A DNA stretch of 64,000 nt from an uncultured Phycisphaerales bacterium (GCA_963758525.1 CAVWVQ010000003.1:3776001-3840000); one strand, 5' to 3'. Shown: positions 38,359-48,788, counted from the first letter of the stretch. Numbers and translations are program-made. The notes: generated from the letters alone by a model not told the origin.

Positions 38359-38469
38359 CGTGGCATGGGCCTCCCGCCCATGTTAGCGGCGCAGAGCTTG
38401 AGAAATATTTTGATTTCGAAGGGTTTTCCACTCCCGCGTCGCTGACACAGGCGAGACGCCCGTGCTACG
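38359..38469. repeat. GTGG-type REP inverted pair (second copy at 54672-54782)
   Basis: cgtggcatgggcctcccgcccatgttagcg ... cgctgacacaggcgagacgcccgtgctacg. Confidence 0.85.
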
Positions 38470-38528
38470 GGGAGAGCCGTGGCATCACATGCGTCGCAAA
38501 CGAATTCTCGCGGGGATATGCTGTAAAA

Positions 38529-39086
38529 ATGGTTGCACTCCGCGATCTCCTCCGTGAGCGGGTCGATCAAGTAACCGGACCACTGGCGATGACGCTTGCG
38601 ACAGTTGCCGCCGACGGCGCACCGCGAGCGCGGACCGTCATCTGCCGGCGGATCGACGATGATCTATCGCTGTGGTTCACGACTGATGGGCGCTCCGCGA
38701 AGGGCAGGCAACTTCGAGCCGTTCCCGCTGCCGAGGCGGTCTGGTGGATCCCTGATGTCCGTCAGCAATTTCGCTTTCGCGGAGCGGTGGAAATCTTCAA
38801 TGCTGAGCATCCGATCCGCGAGCGCGAAATATTCTGGAAGCAATTGAGCGACGAGTCCCGGGCAATGTTCTTCTGGCCCGCGCCGGGCCTGCCGCGAAGC
38901 AAGGGCGCCGCGGCTGATACCGCACTTGCCGTTCGAGTCTCAGCCGATCAATCGCCGCCGGCGACGTTCGAGTTGCTTGCCCTTCGCGGGAGCGAAATCG
39001 AGCACCTCGATCTGGGTCGCACGCCTCACGACCGCCGCCTGTGGCGTGCCGCAAACCAGTGGAATCGCGAAGAGCTCAATCCGTAG
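38529..39086 (+). CDS. Pyridoxamine 5'-phosphate oxidase family FMN-binding protein
   Basis: LATVAADGAPRARTVICR; TDGRSAK; QFRFRG; ELNP end. Confidence 0.85.
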   Translation: MVALRDLLRERVDQVTGPLAMTLATVAADGAPRARTVICRRIDDDLSLWFTTDGRSAKGRQLRAVPAAEAVWWIPDVRQQFRFRGAVEIFNAEHPIREREIFWKQLSDESRAMFFWPAPGLPRSKGAAADTALAVRVSADQSPPATFELLALRGSEIEHLDLGRTPHDRRLWRAANQWNREELNP

Positions 39087-39134
39087 GAGCGCGCTGCGTT
39101 GTTTGCCGTCGCAACGCCCGCTACCATCCCGCTC

Positions 39135-39500
39135 ATGCGCTGGTTACTTCACGGTCAAATTGCTTCGTCTGTCGCCGAGGCGTTGCGCCGGCACGAACAA
39201 ACCTCTGCAGCCGCGGAGGCGAATCTCACCGCCCTTGAGCTCTTTGAATCCGCCCGCAAGCAGCAGATGGAGGTGATGACCGCCGACGCGACGCTTGCCG
39301 CTTCGCTCTTTGCGCACGAAGCCGAATTCAAGCGACTGATCGTCCATCTCAACGTGGAGCACGGCGCGGTCGAGCAGGACGATGCGGTAGATCGCCTGTT
39401 CGCCCGCTACAAGCGGCTGACGCCCGGACGCCTGTACACGGTCACCGCCTCGCGGGTCAAAGTCCGGCAACTTCCGACGCGCAAGCTGTCGAAATCGTGA
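39135..39500 (+). CDS. Hypothetical protein
   Basis: Compact ORF MRWLLHG...RLFARYKRLTPGRLYTVT, co-oriented with neighbours. Confidence 0.6.
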   Translation: MRWLLHGQIASSVAEALRRHEQTSAAAEANLTALELFESARKQQMEVMTADATLAASLFAHEAEFKRLIVHLNVEHGAVEQDDAVDRLFARYKRLTPGRLYTVTASRVKVRQLPTRKLSKS

Positions 39501-39587
39501 GTGAATCGCCTCTTCGTCACGTTCCAATCACCAATAACCGGAACCATTACACTCAGCTTCTTCAATCACCCTTCGGAGTTCAAACCC

Positions 39588-40489
39588 ATGTCTCTTCTCG
39601 TGACCGGATCGATCGGCATCGACACTGTGGAAACCCCCGCCGGCAGGCGCGAGGATATCATCGGCGGATCTGCCATCTATTTTGCCTACGCCGCCAGTTT
39701 CTTCACGCCGGTTCGGCTCGTGGGCGTGGTGGGGGAGGACTGCCCCAAGAGCCTGTTCTCCCTCTTTGAAGGGCGCGACGTCGACACTAGCGGCCTGGAG
39801 GTGCGCAAAGGAAGCAAGACCTTCCGCTGGCATGGTTCGTATGTGAAGGATCTCAACGAAGCGGTCACCGTCGAGGTGGATCTCAATGTCCTGGCGGAGC
39901 GCACCCCAAAATTCCCGAGAAGTTTCTCGACAGCCGCTACGTCTTCCTCGCCAACACGCACCCCGTATTGCAGCAGCAGATGCTCGGCAGTCTTAAGAAC
40001 GCGAAGCTGGTGGTGGCCGACACGATGAATCTGTGGATTCAGACGGAGCGGCCCGAACTGGTCAAACTGCTGAAGAATATCGACGGGCTGGTTCTCAACG
40101 ACGGCGAAGCGCGTCTGCTCACCGAGGAGAAGAACCTCGTCGCCGCCGCCCGCGCAGTGCGCAAGATGGGTCCGAAGTTTGTCGTGATCAAGAAGGGAGA
40201 GCACGGCGCACTGCTCAGCACCGATCGCGGCGAATTTGTGCTTCCCGCCTTCCCGACTGACTGCGTGGTCGATCCCACCGGCGCCGGCGACAGCTTCGCC
40301 GGCGGCATGATGGGATATCTCTCCACGCAGGGGACGTTCTCGGCGGCGACGATCAAACGCGCCCTCGCGTTCGGCACCGTTGTCGCGAGCTTCACGATCT
40401 CCGACTTCTCGCTCGACGGGCTCAGCCGGGCCACGCGCGACGCGATCGACGATCGCTGGCACGAGCTGAAGCAGTCGATGAGCTTCTGA
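39588..40489 (+). CDS. PfkB-family carbohydrate kinase, frameshifted near 39910
   Basis: LLVTGSIGIDT; GGSAIY; KKGEHG; DPTGAGDSFAGG. Confidence 0.9.
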
Positions 40490-40496
40490 GCCGCCG

Positions 40497-41057
40497 ATGA
40501 TGCGCGCCGGCATGCTCCTGTTGCTGATCCTGCCAGTCTCCTGCCAGGCGGTGCGTCCTGCGTCCGAACCGGCGCGGCTGCATTTCTCCGCCTCGATCGC
40601 CGGCGCTACGCTTTCCGTCATCGCCGACGGGAAAACCGGATCGCTCGATCTCTCCGATCATCTGCCAGCCGGAGACTTGATCGGATCTCAATCCATCTTC
40701 TCGGCAAGAACCACCCGCGGCGTCTTCTTCGTGATCGATTTCGTCAGCAGGTCAAACCGCGGACCGGCCGCCGGCAACTGCGTCAACGGAATTGAGGAGA
40801 AGCTTGTCTGGGCCGCGTTTGATTCATCTCTTCACCCGGTCAACGCGACGTCCGCACTCATCAATTCCTGTCTCTACTCCGTGACCGCCTCCGACGTACA
40901 GCAAAACGCACGCTCCATCACCGTGCGGTACGACTCGGCCACGGAGCACGTCCGGCGATTTCTCTTCTTCCGCAAAACCGCGCCGGAACTTGGCTTTGCG
41001 TTTCAGCAAGAGCCGTTATCAGAGCTCGCCCCCGATGCGAGCGGGACCGGCAGATGA
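40497..41057 (+). CDS. Hypothetical exported protein (possible lipoprotein)
   Basis: Hydrophobic leader ending PVSC. Confidence 0.55.
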   Translation: MMRAGMLLLLILPVSCQAVRPASEPARLHFSASIAGATLSVIADGKTGSLDLSDHLPAGDLIGSQSIFSARTTRGVFFVIDFVSRSNRGPAAGNCVNGIEEKLVWAAFDSSLHPVNATSALINSCLYSVTASDVQQNARSITVRYDSATEHVRRFLFFRKTAPELGFAFQQEPLSELAPDASGTGR

Positions 41058-41244
41058 CCCGAGGTGGGGGCGGCGTTGCTCCCAAGTGAAGAATCGAGTG
41101 CGACGGATTCTCTCCGACTGGAACCCCCACCCTGACCCTCCCCCGGAGTACCAGGGGAGGGGAGAAGAGAGCCGCGCGAAAGCGGGACGCACCTACCCCG
41201 CATCAGATTACCTCAAGTCTTCGTGAACTCTCTCAGTACGTTGC

Positions 41245-43782
41245 TCACTGCGGGGGCGCACTTGGCGCCGTGGCCGGCGCCGTCGTCGGCGGGAGCTTCG
41301 ATGCGTCGACGATCGCGGCGGCCAGCGCCTTCACGACCGGATCCGCGTCGCCCGCGGCCACGGGTCCGCAAAGGCGTTGCTGCGCGGCCGCCGGTTGCAG
41401 GCGTGCGGCGGCGAGCCCCAGGAGGCGTGTCTGCCAGGCGGCGCCGCGGAGCATCTCGTCAATTGTGTCGGAGCGGCCGGGAAGTCCCGGAAGCGTTGCC
41501 GCCAGATAACCCGCCCAGGCCGCGACTTCCGGCGTCGCATCGGATCGCGCTTTGATGATGTAATGGATAAAAAGATCCGCCGAACCGCGAATCGCCGCAT
41601 CCGTTTCCTTGTCCATCCCGGCGACGAACGACGCCATCAGGTCCAGGTCGTGCATGCGGTCGTCGGCCGATCCGCTGACAAAGTCCTCGCGAAGCTCGCG
41701 TTGCGCCGCCGCCGTCTGCAATTCGTTCGGAAGGCGCACAAACGAACGTCCAAACACCACAGATTGCCCGCCGGCGCCGGGGGCGATCCCCTGGCCGAAT
41801 CGGCTTGCGTTGGTCATGACATCGCCGGAGACAATCATCGACCCATTGGCCCGCTGTCGAAGCAACTCGCCGAGTTCGCCCTGATCGACGCGCACCACCT
41901 GGCTGGTGGAGCCGTGTGCTCGAAGAACGATCTGCCCGGTGATCTGGTCGTTTGAAACTGCCGGGAGCTCCTCCTGGGCAATACCTGACACTTTGGCGTC
42001 GATCCAGATCGCCGGTGCGATCGGCCCGCCGAAGCCGATGACAAGATCGCGATCCGATCGATTGGTCAGCGTCACCCGGGCCATCAGCGGATCGCCGAAG
42101 CGGAGGGTGGTCTTGAGCGGCTCGGCATCGACCGAATAGAAAAGTTGCGGCTGATCGATGAGCGAAAGGAACGTCGTCGGAAAGTTTTTGAGCTCCGCGC
42201 GGATGGCATCGACCACCGCCGGGTCATTCCCGGGCGCCGTTGCCGGAGCGGTCGCCGGCGCGGGGGACGGTTCAGAAGCTGCCGGCCCAGTGGTTGGATT
42301 TGTCGCCGGCGGGGGCGCCTCTTCCGACAGCAGCGCCTCGCGAATGACTGCCGCCTCGAGCCCGGTCGGGTGGTCATGGAGCAGTTGGCGAAGCTTGTCC
42401 CGCGTGTGCGGCGGGTCCTTGGCGCGATCCAGCCGGATCAGCCCCAGCGCCGCGAACGGATCGCTGTCCGCGGCCGCCGCCAGGCGTTGACGCGCATCGT
42501 CCCCTTTTCCGATTTCAGCCAGGTACCATCCCTGCAGGCGTTGCAGTGTCACATTATCCGCGGGCAGCGCTTGTTCGAGCGCGTGGAGCACCGGCTCGGC
42601 GCTCTTGGCATCGTTCACATAGAACAGGTCGAACCAGGCAATGTCCTCCATCAGCAACGCGAACGCTTCGTTCAATTTGGGGTCGCGGATGGCACGCAGC
42701 TTCCGCAGCGTCGCAACCGGATCGGGAGTCTCTCCCTCTGCCGGTTGCGTCGCGGGCGCACCGGGCGTTTTGCCGGCGATCAACGTGTTGATTTGCGCCC
42801 AGCGCCGCCACAGCGCGTCGCGCGTCGGGCCGGTCGTCTCGATGTAACCCTGCTGATCTCCGTTGCTGCGCTGGAGAGTCAGTTGCATGAACCACAGCTC
42901 GACGTTCGCGTTGTCGGCTCCCAGCACCTTGCCGATCCACTGCTGGGCGGCCTGAAATTGCCCCGCCTGGAACAGCTCGGAAACGAGGTTGACGTAAAAC
43001 TGCTGATCGTTGACGAGCCCCATCCGCTGCGTGATGCCGAACTCCGTCGAGAACCACTCGGCCGAGTCCTCGGGCATTCCGGCCGCCGCCAGCTCGCGGG
43101 CGATCGCATCGGCCACCAGCGGCTGGATCGGATTGCTGCGCAGCAGGCCGAGCAGACCCCGAATCCGCTCCAGCGGTGTTCCCTGCCTGGTCACCAATTG
43201 ATATTGCCATTGCAGCAACGCCGGGAGCGGGTACAGCTTTAGACCCTGGGCGATCATTGCCAGCGCATCGTCATTGGAGCGATCCAGCAGGAGGGGGACG
43301 CACAGCGCCGCCAGATGTGCCCGGACTTCCGGCGGCAGCTTCGCGTTGCCCACCAGGCCTTTGAGATAATTCAGTTTCTTGTCGGCGGTATCCAGCTTCC
43401 AGACATACAGCTCGATGACGCGCACCGCGGCAACCCGGTCTTCGGGGACAAGCCGCCGATAGGCGTTCCATGCGGCGATCTGCCCGTCAACGTCGTTCAG
43501 GTCCGCGTTGGCGCTGGCAAGCAGCCGCGGATAGCGCGTGTCCCGCGGATCGGACCGCATCGCGGCCTGAAGCATCGCGGCGGACTGCTGCAGCAGTGGA
43601 GCGCTGAGCGAACCGGTGCGAAGCCAGTTTTGCGCCATCTCCGAAATGCGGGCGGCGAACCCGGTGCGGACCGCCACCGCGTCGGCATCGTCCTGCGCCC
43701 GGGCAGCAGGAACGACCGCTCCCGCCAGAAACGCTGCGAGGAGCCAATGAGCGGCAATGCGTTGCGAACCTGACAAGTGCAT
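41245..43782 (-). CDS. Large secreted helical-repeat (TPR-like) hypothetical protein
   Basis: GAAGGA RBS before ATG 43782; signal peptide ending ARA-QD; PATQP-type linkers. Confidence 0.7.
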   Translation of the reverse strand: MHLSGSQRIAAHWLLAAFLAGAVVPAARAQDDADAVAVRTGFAARISEMAQNWLRTGSLSAPLLQQSAAMLQAAMRSDPRDTRYPRLLASANADLNDVDGQIAAWNAYRRLVPEDRVAAVRVIELYVWKLDTADKKLNYLKGLVGNAKLPPEVRAHLAALCVPLLLDRSNDDALAMIAQGLKLYPLPALLQWQYQLVTRQGTPLERIRGLLGLLRSNPIQPLVADAIARELAAAGMPEDSAEWFSTEFGITQRMGLVNDQQFYVNLVSELFQAGQFQAAQQWIGKVLGADNANVELWFMQLTLQRSNGDQQGYIETTGPTRDALWRRWAQINTLIAGKTPGAPATQPAEGETPDPVATLRKLRAIRDPKLNEAFALLMEDIAWFDLFYVNDAKSAEPVLHALEQALPADNVTLQRLQGWYLAEIGKGDDARQRLAAAADSDPFAALGLIRLDRAKDPPHTRDKLRQLLHDHPTGLEAAVIREALLSEEAPPPATNPTTGPAASEPSPAPATAPATAPGNDPAVVDAIRAELKNFPTTFLSLIDQPQLFYSVDAEPLKTTLRFGDPLMARVTLTNRSDRDLVIGFGGPIAPAIWIDAKVSGIAQEELPAVSNDQITGQIVLRAHGSTSQVVRVDQGELGELLRQRANGSMIVSGDVMTNASRFGQGIAPGAGGQSVVFGRSFVRLPNELQTAAAQRELREDFVSGSADDRMHDLDLMASFVAGMDKETDAAIRGSADLFIHYIIKARSDATPEVAAWAGYLAATLPGLPGRSDTIDEMLRGAAWQTRLLGLAAARLQPAAAQQRLCGPVAAGDADPVVKALAAAIVDASKLPPTTAPATAPSAPPQ

Positions 43783-43799
43783 CTGGTGATTTCCTTCTT

Positions 43800-44114
43800 T
43801 TATCGTGCCGCCATGCTCAGCGCAATTGCGCTGACGCACGCCAGCACGCAGGCGATGCCGAAGCATAGCCGCAGCACGTCGTCGAGCAGTCTGCGGGGAT
43901 ACATTCGCCCGATCACAAAATACAGCAGGATCGTCTGCGCCAGCGCCCCGGCTGCCATCGCCGCGCTGCGGGCGGCCCAGATCGCCGCTTCCGGCCGGCC
44001 CGTTTGCATGTCGGCCGCCAGATCGGGGGCCGACTCCCAGGTCCAGAGCGCTGCAATGAGCAGCAGCGCGGAGACGAACACGGCTGATGCGATTCTGATC
44101 GTCAAGCGCATCAT
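43800..44114 (-). CDS. Small membrane protein (3 TM)
   Basis: Three hydrophobic segments; ATG overlaps the upstream stop. Confidence 0.6.
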   Translation of the reverse strand: MMRLTIRIASAVFVSALLLIAALWTWESAPDLAADMQTGRPEAAIWAARSAAMAAGALAQTILLYFVIGRMYPRRLLDDVLRLCFGIACVLACVSAIALSMAAR

Positions 44115-44950
44115 CCCTGGCCCGCGCCGCGGGCGTCCGCTTGCCACAATTCGCGCAGCATCGGCCGCTCATCCACCAGTTGCTTTGCATCCACCAGCAG
44201 CCGGGCTCGCGCGCCAGCCATTGCGCCCAATCCTCGCGTCCGAGCTTCATCGCGGCAAGCGCCAGCAACGCCTGCGATCGCGCGGCAGCCTCTGTCGGCA
44301 TCAGCTCGGCAAGCTGCACCTTGTTCGTCAGGTTTTCAAACATCGATTTCCAGGCGCCGATCCGCGCTGTAATCCAATTGCAGGAGCATCAGATGCAGAA
44401 CCTCGGCCAGCGAAAGCCGTTCGCGATACAGGCTTGCAATCGCGTCGTACGCGCCGCGGACGTCGCCCATCTCCAGCAGGGCGTCGGTGAGGATCAGCCG
44501 CGCCGGGTTCGACAGCCCGCGCACCGCTCCGCGGCGATGCCCCAGCAGCTCCCGGCAGAGCAGCGCCGTCTCCTGCCAGCGCCGCTGCGCGTGCCGCAGC
44601 AATGCCAGATGATGCAACGGGCGGAGTTTCGCGGCGCTAAACGGGGAAAATGACCGGATGGCTTCGTCGATCTGCTGCTCGGCTTCTTCAAATCGGCCGG
44701 CTGCAATCAACCCGGGCGAAATGGCCGCCAGTTGCGCCCGCCTGACGCTGCTGAGCCCCAGCGCCACCCATCCTCCGACCACGCCGAACAGCATCGCCAG
44801 ACGAAGGGACTCGGGCCCAACGAGGAACGATCCCGCCACTGCCAACGGCAGCAATGCCTTGAGGGCGAGCCCCAACACCAGATCCCGCCGCGTGCGATGA
44901 ATGGCTGCTTCCGCAGTCAGCATGTTGCTCAACATTGCGTCATCCTTCAA
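44111..44950 (-). CDS. Membrane-anchored TPR-like protein, two apparent frameshifts (~44360, ~44205)
   Basis: 2 TM then IAAGRFEEAEQQ; continues as MFENLTNKVQLAEL, then RARLLVDAKQLVDERPMLRELW. Confidence 0.65.
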
Positions 44951-45825
44951 ACCGCGGGCATTTCCGCCGGCAGATAGCGTGTGGTGAGCTTTCCCAATTC
45001 GGGATATCTCCGCAGCAACTCCGCCGGCGGCGCAAGCAGCGTTGCGTTGAGAATGGCCTGGCGCGCCTCGGTCTGATGGCCCAGCAGATCGTGCGCCCGC
45101 CCGATCAGCGCCCAGGCGTCCGCCACGCGATGTCCCAGTTGCTCGCGCAGTTGCGGGAGCCGTTTCTCGAACATCTCAATTGCTTCCAGCGGATGTCCGG
45201 TGGTCACGTCGCGATAAATCTCCACTAGCGCCAGCCCGGCAGACTCTGCCGCTCCCGGCGACCGGCGCAGTTCCGAGATCGCCCGGTCGGCATCGAATAG
45301 CCGCTCCTGCCGCAGCATCGCCATCGTGCGTGCCACTTGCAGTCCGAAGGCGCTTCCCGGGTCGACCAGTTGATGATCCAGCAGATACTCCTGAATGACG
45401 ATCGCCTCATCAAACCGGTCGTAACGCGCCAGGGCGACTGAGAAATAGACCAGCGCCTGGGATCGGAGCTGACGAGAGATGGCCGGCTGCGACAACATCT
45501 GCCGAAGCGTTCCCGCCGCCTCCGGCCACCGCCGCAATTGGATCATCTCCGCGACCTGATCGAGCTTCTGATGCTGCGTCCTGACGGCCCGCACGTTGGC
45601 AAACGAAATGCCCATCAGCGTCAGGAGCACGCCGGTCATCGCAACCGCGCACATCGCGTTGAGTGCAGCGTCAATCTCTTTCGATTGGCCCGAAAGGGCA
45701 TGATCCACGACTGCCAGCAAAACCCCCACGCCAATGCCATACCACACCCATGGCACGCGCGGCTGCGGCTCGCTGACCTCCAGCAGGAGGGGAACATCCA
45801 GTTGATCCACCGGCGACGAACTCAT
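44947..45825 (-). CDS. Membrane-anchored TPR-like protein
   Basis: 2 TM then IQLRRWPEAA and LARYDRFDEA helices. Confidence 0.75.
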   Translation of the reverse strand: MSSSPVDQLDVPLLLEVSEPQPRVPWVWYGIGVGVLLAVVDHALSGQSKEIDAALNAMCAVAMTGVLLTLMGISFANVRAVRTQHQKLDQVAEMIQLRRWPEAAGTLRQMLSQPAISRQLRSQALVYFSVALARYDRFDEAIVIQEYLLDHQLVDPGSAFGLQVARTMAMLRQERLFDADRAISELRRSPGAAESAGLALVEIYRDVTTGHPLEAIEMFEKRLPQLREQLGHRVADAWALIGRAHDLLGHQTEARQAILNATLLAPPAELLRRYPELGKLTTRYLPAEMPAV

Positions 45826-45997
45826 ATTGAAACGATTCTACGGGTCCGGTCAGCAAATGAAAACGCCCCAGCAGCGAAGACCCGCAGCGAACGCTCTCCG
45901 ACAGGGTGTCCTGATTTCGCGGGAGCGTGCAACTTCGGATGCTGCAACTATTTCACCCTCCCCTGATGCTGCTCGGAAGGGAGATACCAGAGACGAA

Positions 45998-46113
45998 GAA
46001 ATCCCCAATGCCCAATGGCCAACAAAATCCCAAGCCGCAATGACCCATGTAAGAACACCAGCCTTTGGCCTTGGGGTTTGGTGCTTTGTTGGCCATTGGG
46101 CCTTGGACATTTC
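45998..46113. repeat. Inverted repeat of CCAA-containing heptamers
   Basis: gaaatccccaatgcccaatggccaacaaa ... tttgttggccattgggccttggacatttc. Confidence 0.85.
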
Positions 46114-46332
46114 CGCTGGCCCCCAGCTTCTGGTGTCCCACGCGCTACTTATGGCCGTGCGCGGTAAAGTCTGAAGCGGCTCTCTCGCCAAAGGAAACCG
46201 AAGAAGGCGCATGATCTTGATTCTCGAGGACAACGATCGCGTCTATCCATTCGGAGATGATTGGATCGATAAGAGTTGGGTTCCTGTCGCACGCCGACTC
46301 CCATCGGATTGCTCAAGGCGGCGAAAGTGTTG

Positions 46333-46923
46333 ATGTGGGATTGTACTCCTCAGACTCTTCTCGGTGGTGGCGTCGAGCGGTTTGTTCCGCGCCAGAATGG
46401 CTCCGCGATTTCATATGCCGAGGCACTGCGGCTGTGGCAAAATAATGAGTCGTTCAGGTCGTTCTTTATGTCGCTTCTGGCCGAATCGCGTTTTTCAGGT
46501 TATCGGTGGGAAACGCCCCCCATCACATCCGCCAGTGCTGGCAGGGAGTTCGAGTTTGTTCTGGTAGATTCGCCCGGGTTGGATGGCACTCCCGATCGCC
46601 TTGCGTTCGCGGATCAGTTCGAATCGTTAGACGTTCATCGCCAGGTGGTCGTATTCCCCAACCTGGGAAAGGACGCGGTTCTAGTTGTGCCGCGGCTTGT
46701 CGGGGTTGCGTCCGCTTACGCTCACCTCGCGCTGTTCATGCGTAACGCGCCCTCGCCGCAACAACATGAATTGTGGCGCACCGTCGGCGCGGCAATGCAA
46801 GCGCGATTGGGGTCGACGCCCGTCTGGCTGAGCACCGCAGGGATGGGCGTCTCTTGGCTTCACGTTCGACTTGACGACCGACCGAAATATTACGCCTTCG
46901 CGGAATACCGCCAAGTTCCATAG
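46333..46923 (+). CDS. DUF6940-like hypothetical protein
   Basis: WETPP; FPNLGKDAVLVVP; WLSTAGMGVSWLHVRLDDRPKYY. Confidence 0.7.
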   Translation: MWDCTPQTLLGGGVERFVPRQNGSAISYAEALRLWQNNESFRSFFMSLLAESRFSGYRWETPPITSASAGREFEFVLVDSPGLDGTPDRLAFADQFESLDVHRQVVVFPNLGKDAVLVVPRLVGVASAYAHLALFMRNAPSPQQHELWRTVGAAMQARLGSTPVWLSTAGMGVSWLHVRLDDRPKYYAFAEYRQVP

Positions 46924-47142
46924 CTTTCTCCCCGCGCGGATCGTATACTGTGTTCGGCGGATTGACGATTCCAGTCAGGGCACGCGATTCACTCCTAACG
47001 CGCCGTCCGCTGCACTTGCCCCCTGTAGGCCAATACGCTGGCGAATCTTGATCTCTGTTGACGGTGTGTGACGCGCGGTCTGTCAAGGCTTTCGCGTCGC
47101 CCCTCCTCTTTAGGGACCGGCGAAGTTCGCCGGAAATGATTT

Positions 47143-47442
47143 ATGGCTAAATTTATGGTTCGAGTGGATCTCCACGACGCCGAAACTCCCGAGCAGTACG
47201 AATTTCTCGATGGTGCGATGGAAAAGAAGGGCTTTTCACGCGAGTTTTCGGGGAAGAAGGCGATCTACCAGCTTCCCTGCGGCGAATATTGGTACGTCGC
47301 GAGCGCGACAACCACCGCAGATGTACGCGCCCTCGCAGCGACGGCCGCGGAAAAAACCAAGCAGGCGTTTGGCATCATGGCGGTCCGCGTGGACGGCTGG
47401 AGCGCGATGGGCCTCAAAAAACCCGCCGCGTCTGCCAGTTGA
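47143..47442 (+). CDS. GhoS-like / DUF2622 small protein
   Basis: MAKFMVRVDLHDA...YEFLDGAMEKKGFSR...YQLPCGEY. Confidence 0.7.
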   Translation: MAKFMVRVDLHDAETPEQYEFLDGAMEKKGFSREFSGKKAIYQLPCGEYWYVASATTTADVRALAATAAEKTKQAFGIMAVRVDGWSAMGLKKPAASAS

Positions 47443-47565
47443 TCCAGATTCGCAGCCGTTCACCCGCAACGGCTCGCAGTTGTGGCCCAGGTTAGCCGCA
47501 ATGCGAAGCGGAGCCCGTATTGCCCCGAAATGAAGACCGATCCCAGACCGCAGAAAGGTGTTTCA

Positions 47566-47904
47566 ATGAGTGAGATCACTCCGTTTCGAGATCCCGCTTC
47601 AGCTCCCGATGCAGCGGACTTGTCCGCGGAAATCGCGCAGTCGATCGAACGCGGATACGGAGAACGCGTTACCTGCCGAAGAATCTCCGGCAGCAAATAT
47701 CGATGCAACTGGTGGTCCCCCCATTCGCCCAAGGGGTACGACAATCCCGCCATGCAGGGACTGCTGGTGACGACGCATGTCGTCAAGCGAAGTCGATTTC
47801 TCACGATCAATGCAACTCCGCAGGGCCTTGTGATCAGCGAATCGGCCGGCGATCGCAACGGACCGCCCCTGAAGTTTTCCCGGGCAGTCGCCGTCGGGAA
47901 GTGA
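47566..47904 (+). CDS. Hypothetical protein
   Basis: AAAGG RBS; ERVTCRRISGSKYRCNWW. Confidence 0.6.
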   Translation: MSEITPFRDPASAPDAADLSAEIAQSIERGYGERVTCRRISGSKYRCNWWSPHSPKGYDNPAMQGLLVTTHVVKRSRFLTINATPQGLVISESAGDRNGPPLKFSRAVAVGK

Positions 47905-48028
47905 TCCGTATATCCGTGCGCATTCAAGCGATTCCACAACCTTTTAGCGGCTGCCCCAAAGGGCAGCGTGTTGCTTGCACATGCGCCCACCCGCGCACAT
48001 TCATCCAGTCGATCACGGAGCAAACAGA

Positions 48029-48718
48029 ATGAACACGCAGCTCTCAGGCCCCCATCAAATCACCTACGAGGCGGTGTTTCAGCATCCGGTGTCGCGCAAT
48101 CTGCAATGGCGCGACGTGCGGTCGATGCTCGCCGCGCTGGCCGACACCACAGAAGATCGCGACGAGACCGTGAAGTTCACCCGCAATGGCAAAACGCTGC
48201 TCGTTCATCCCCCCAAGCGAAAAGATTTCTCCGACGTGCATGAACTGATGAAAATTCGCTCGTTTCTGGAGCAGTCGGAAGCGCCTGAACCCAAGGCAGC
48301 GGGGGGCTTGCATCTCCTGGTCGTGATCGATCACCGCGAAGCGCGGATTTTCAAGACCGAGCTGCACGGCTCGACCCCGCAGCGGATCACGCCTTTCGAC
48401 CCCCACGAATCGCGCCGACATCTCCATTACGTGGCGGACGATTCAAACGGTCAGCGCCGCCCGGAGCTCAAAAGCTTCTACGAGGCGGTCACGCGCACGC
48501 TCGGCGGAGCCGAGAAGATTCTCATCCTCGGGACTGCCACCGGGTCGAGCAGCGCGATGGAGCATCTCGTCGCGGAATTAAAGGAACATCACCCCGATCT
48601 CGCCCGCCGGGTCGTCGGCACCATCGCCGTGAATGAACATCACATGACCGAGCCGCAGATGCTGGCCGAGGCCCGCGCGTTTTACGCAAAAGCTCCTGTT
48701 GCCCCCAGCGCCAAGTAA
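48029..48718 (+). CDS. HicA-like N-terminal domain fused to a bacterial archaeo-eukaryotic release factor (baeRF)-like domain
   Basis: YEAVFQHPVSRNLQWRDVRSML...LVHPP...IRSFLE; then VVIDHREARIF, FYEAV, ILILG, MTEPQMLAEARAFY. Confidence 0.7.
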   Translation: MNTQLSGPHQITYEAVFQHPVSRNLQWRDVRSMLAALADTTEDRDETVKFTRNGKTLLVHPPKRKDFSDVHELMKIRSFLEQSEAPEPKAAGGLHLLVVIDHREARIFKTELHGSTPQRITPFDPHESRRHLHYVADDSNGQRRPELKSFYEAVTRTLGGAEKILILGTATGSSSAMEHLVAELKEHHPDLARRVVGTIAVNEHHMTEPQMLAEARAFYAKAPVAPSAK

Positions 48719-48788
48719 CACGCCTGTTTCCGCATCCTGGAATTGTTAAGGACTGGTAAATCCATCGCAGCCGGATAACACTGTCATC

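Noticed and set aside
37461..39086. 541-aa ORF
   Set aside because: Only the last ~185 aa (from 38529) are the FMN-binding gene; the rest overlaps minus-strand genes and a REP.
41245..44343. 1032-aa ORF as a single protein
   Set aside because: Its first ~187 aa join a frameshifted piece of an upstream gene and the shadow of a small membrane gene; the real start with RBS and signal peptide is at 43782.
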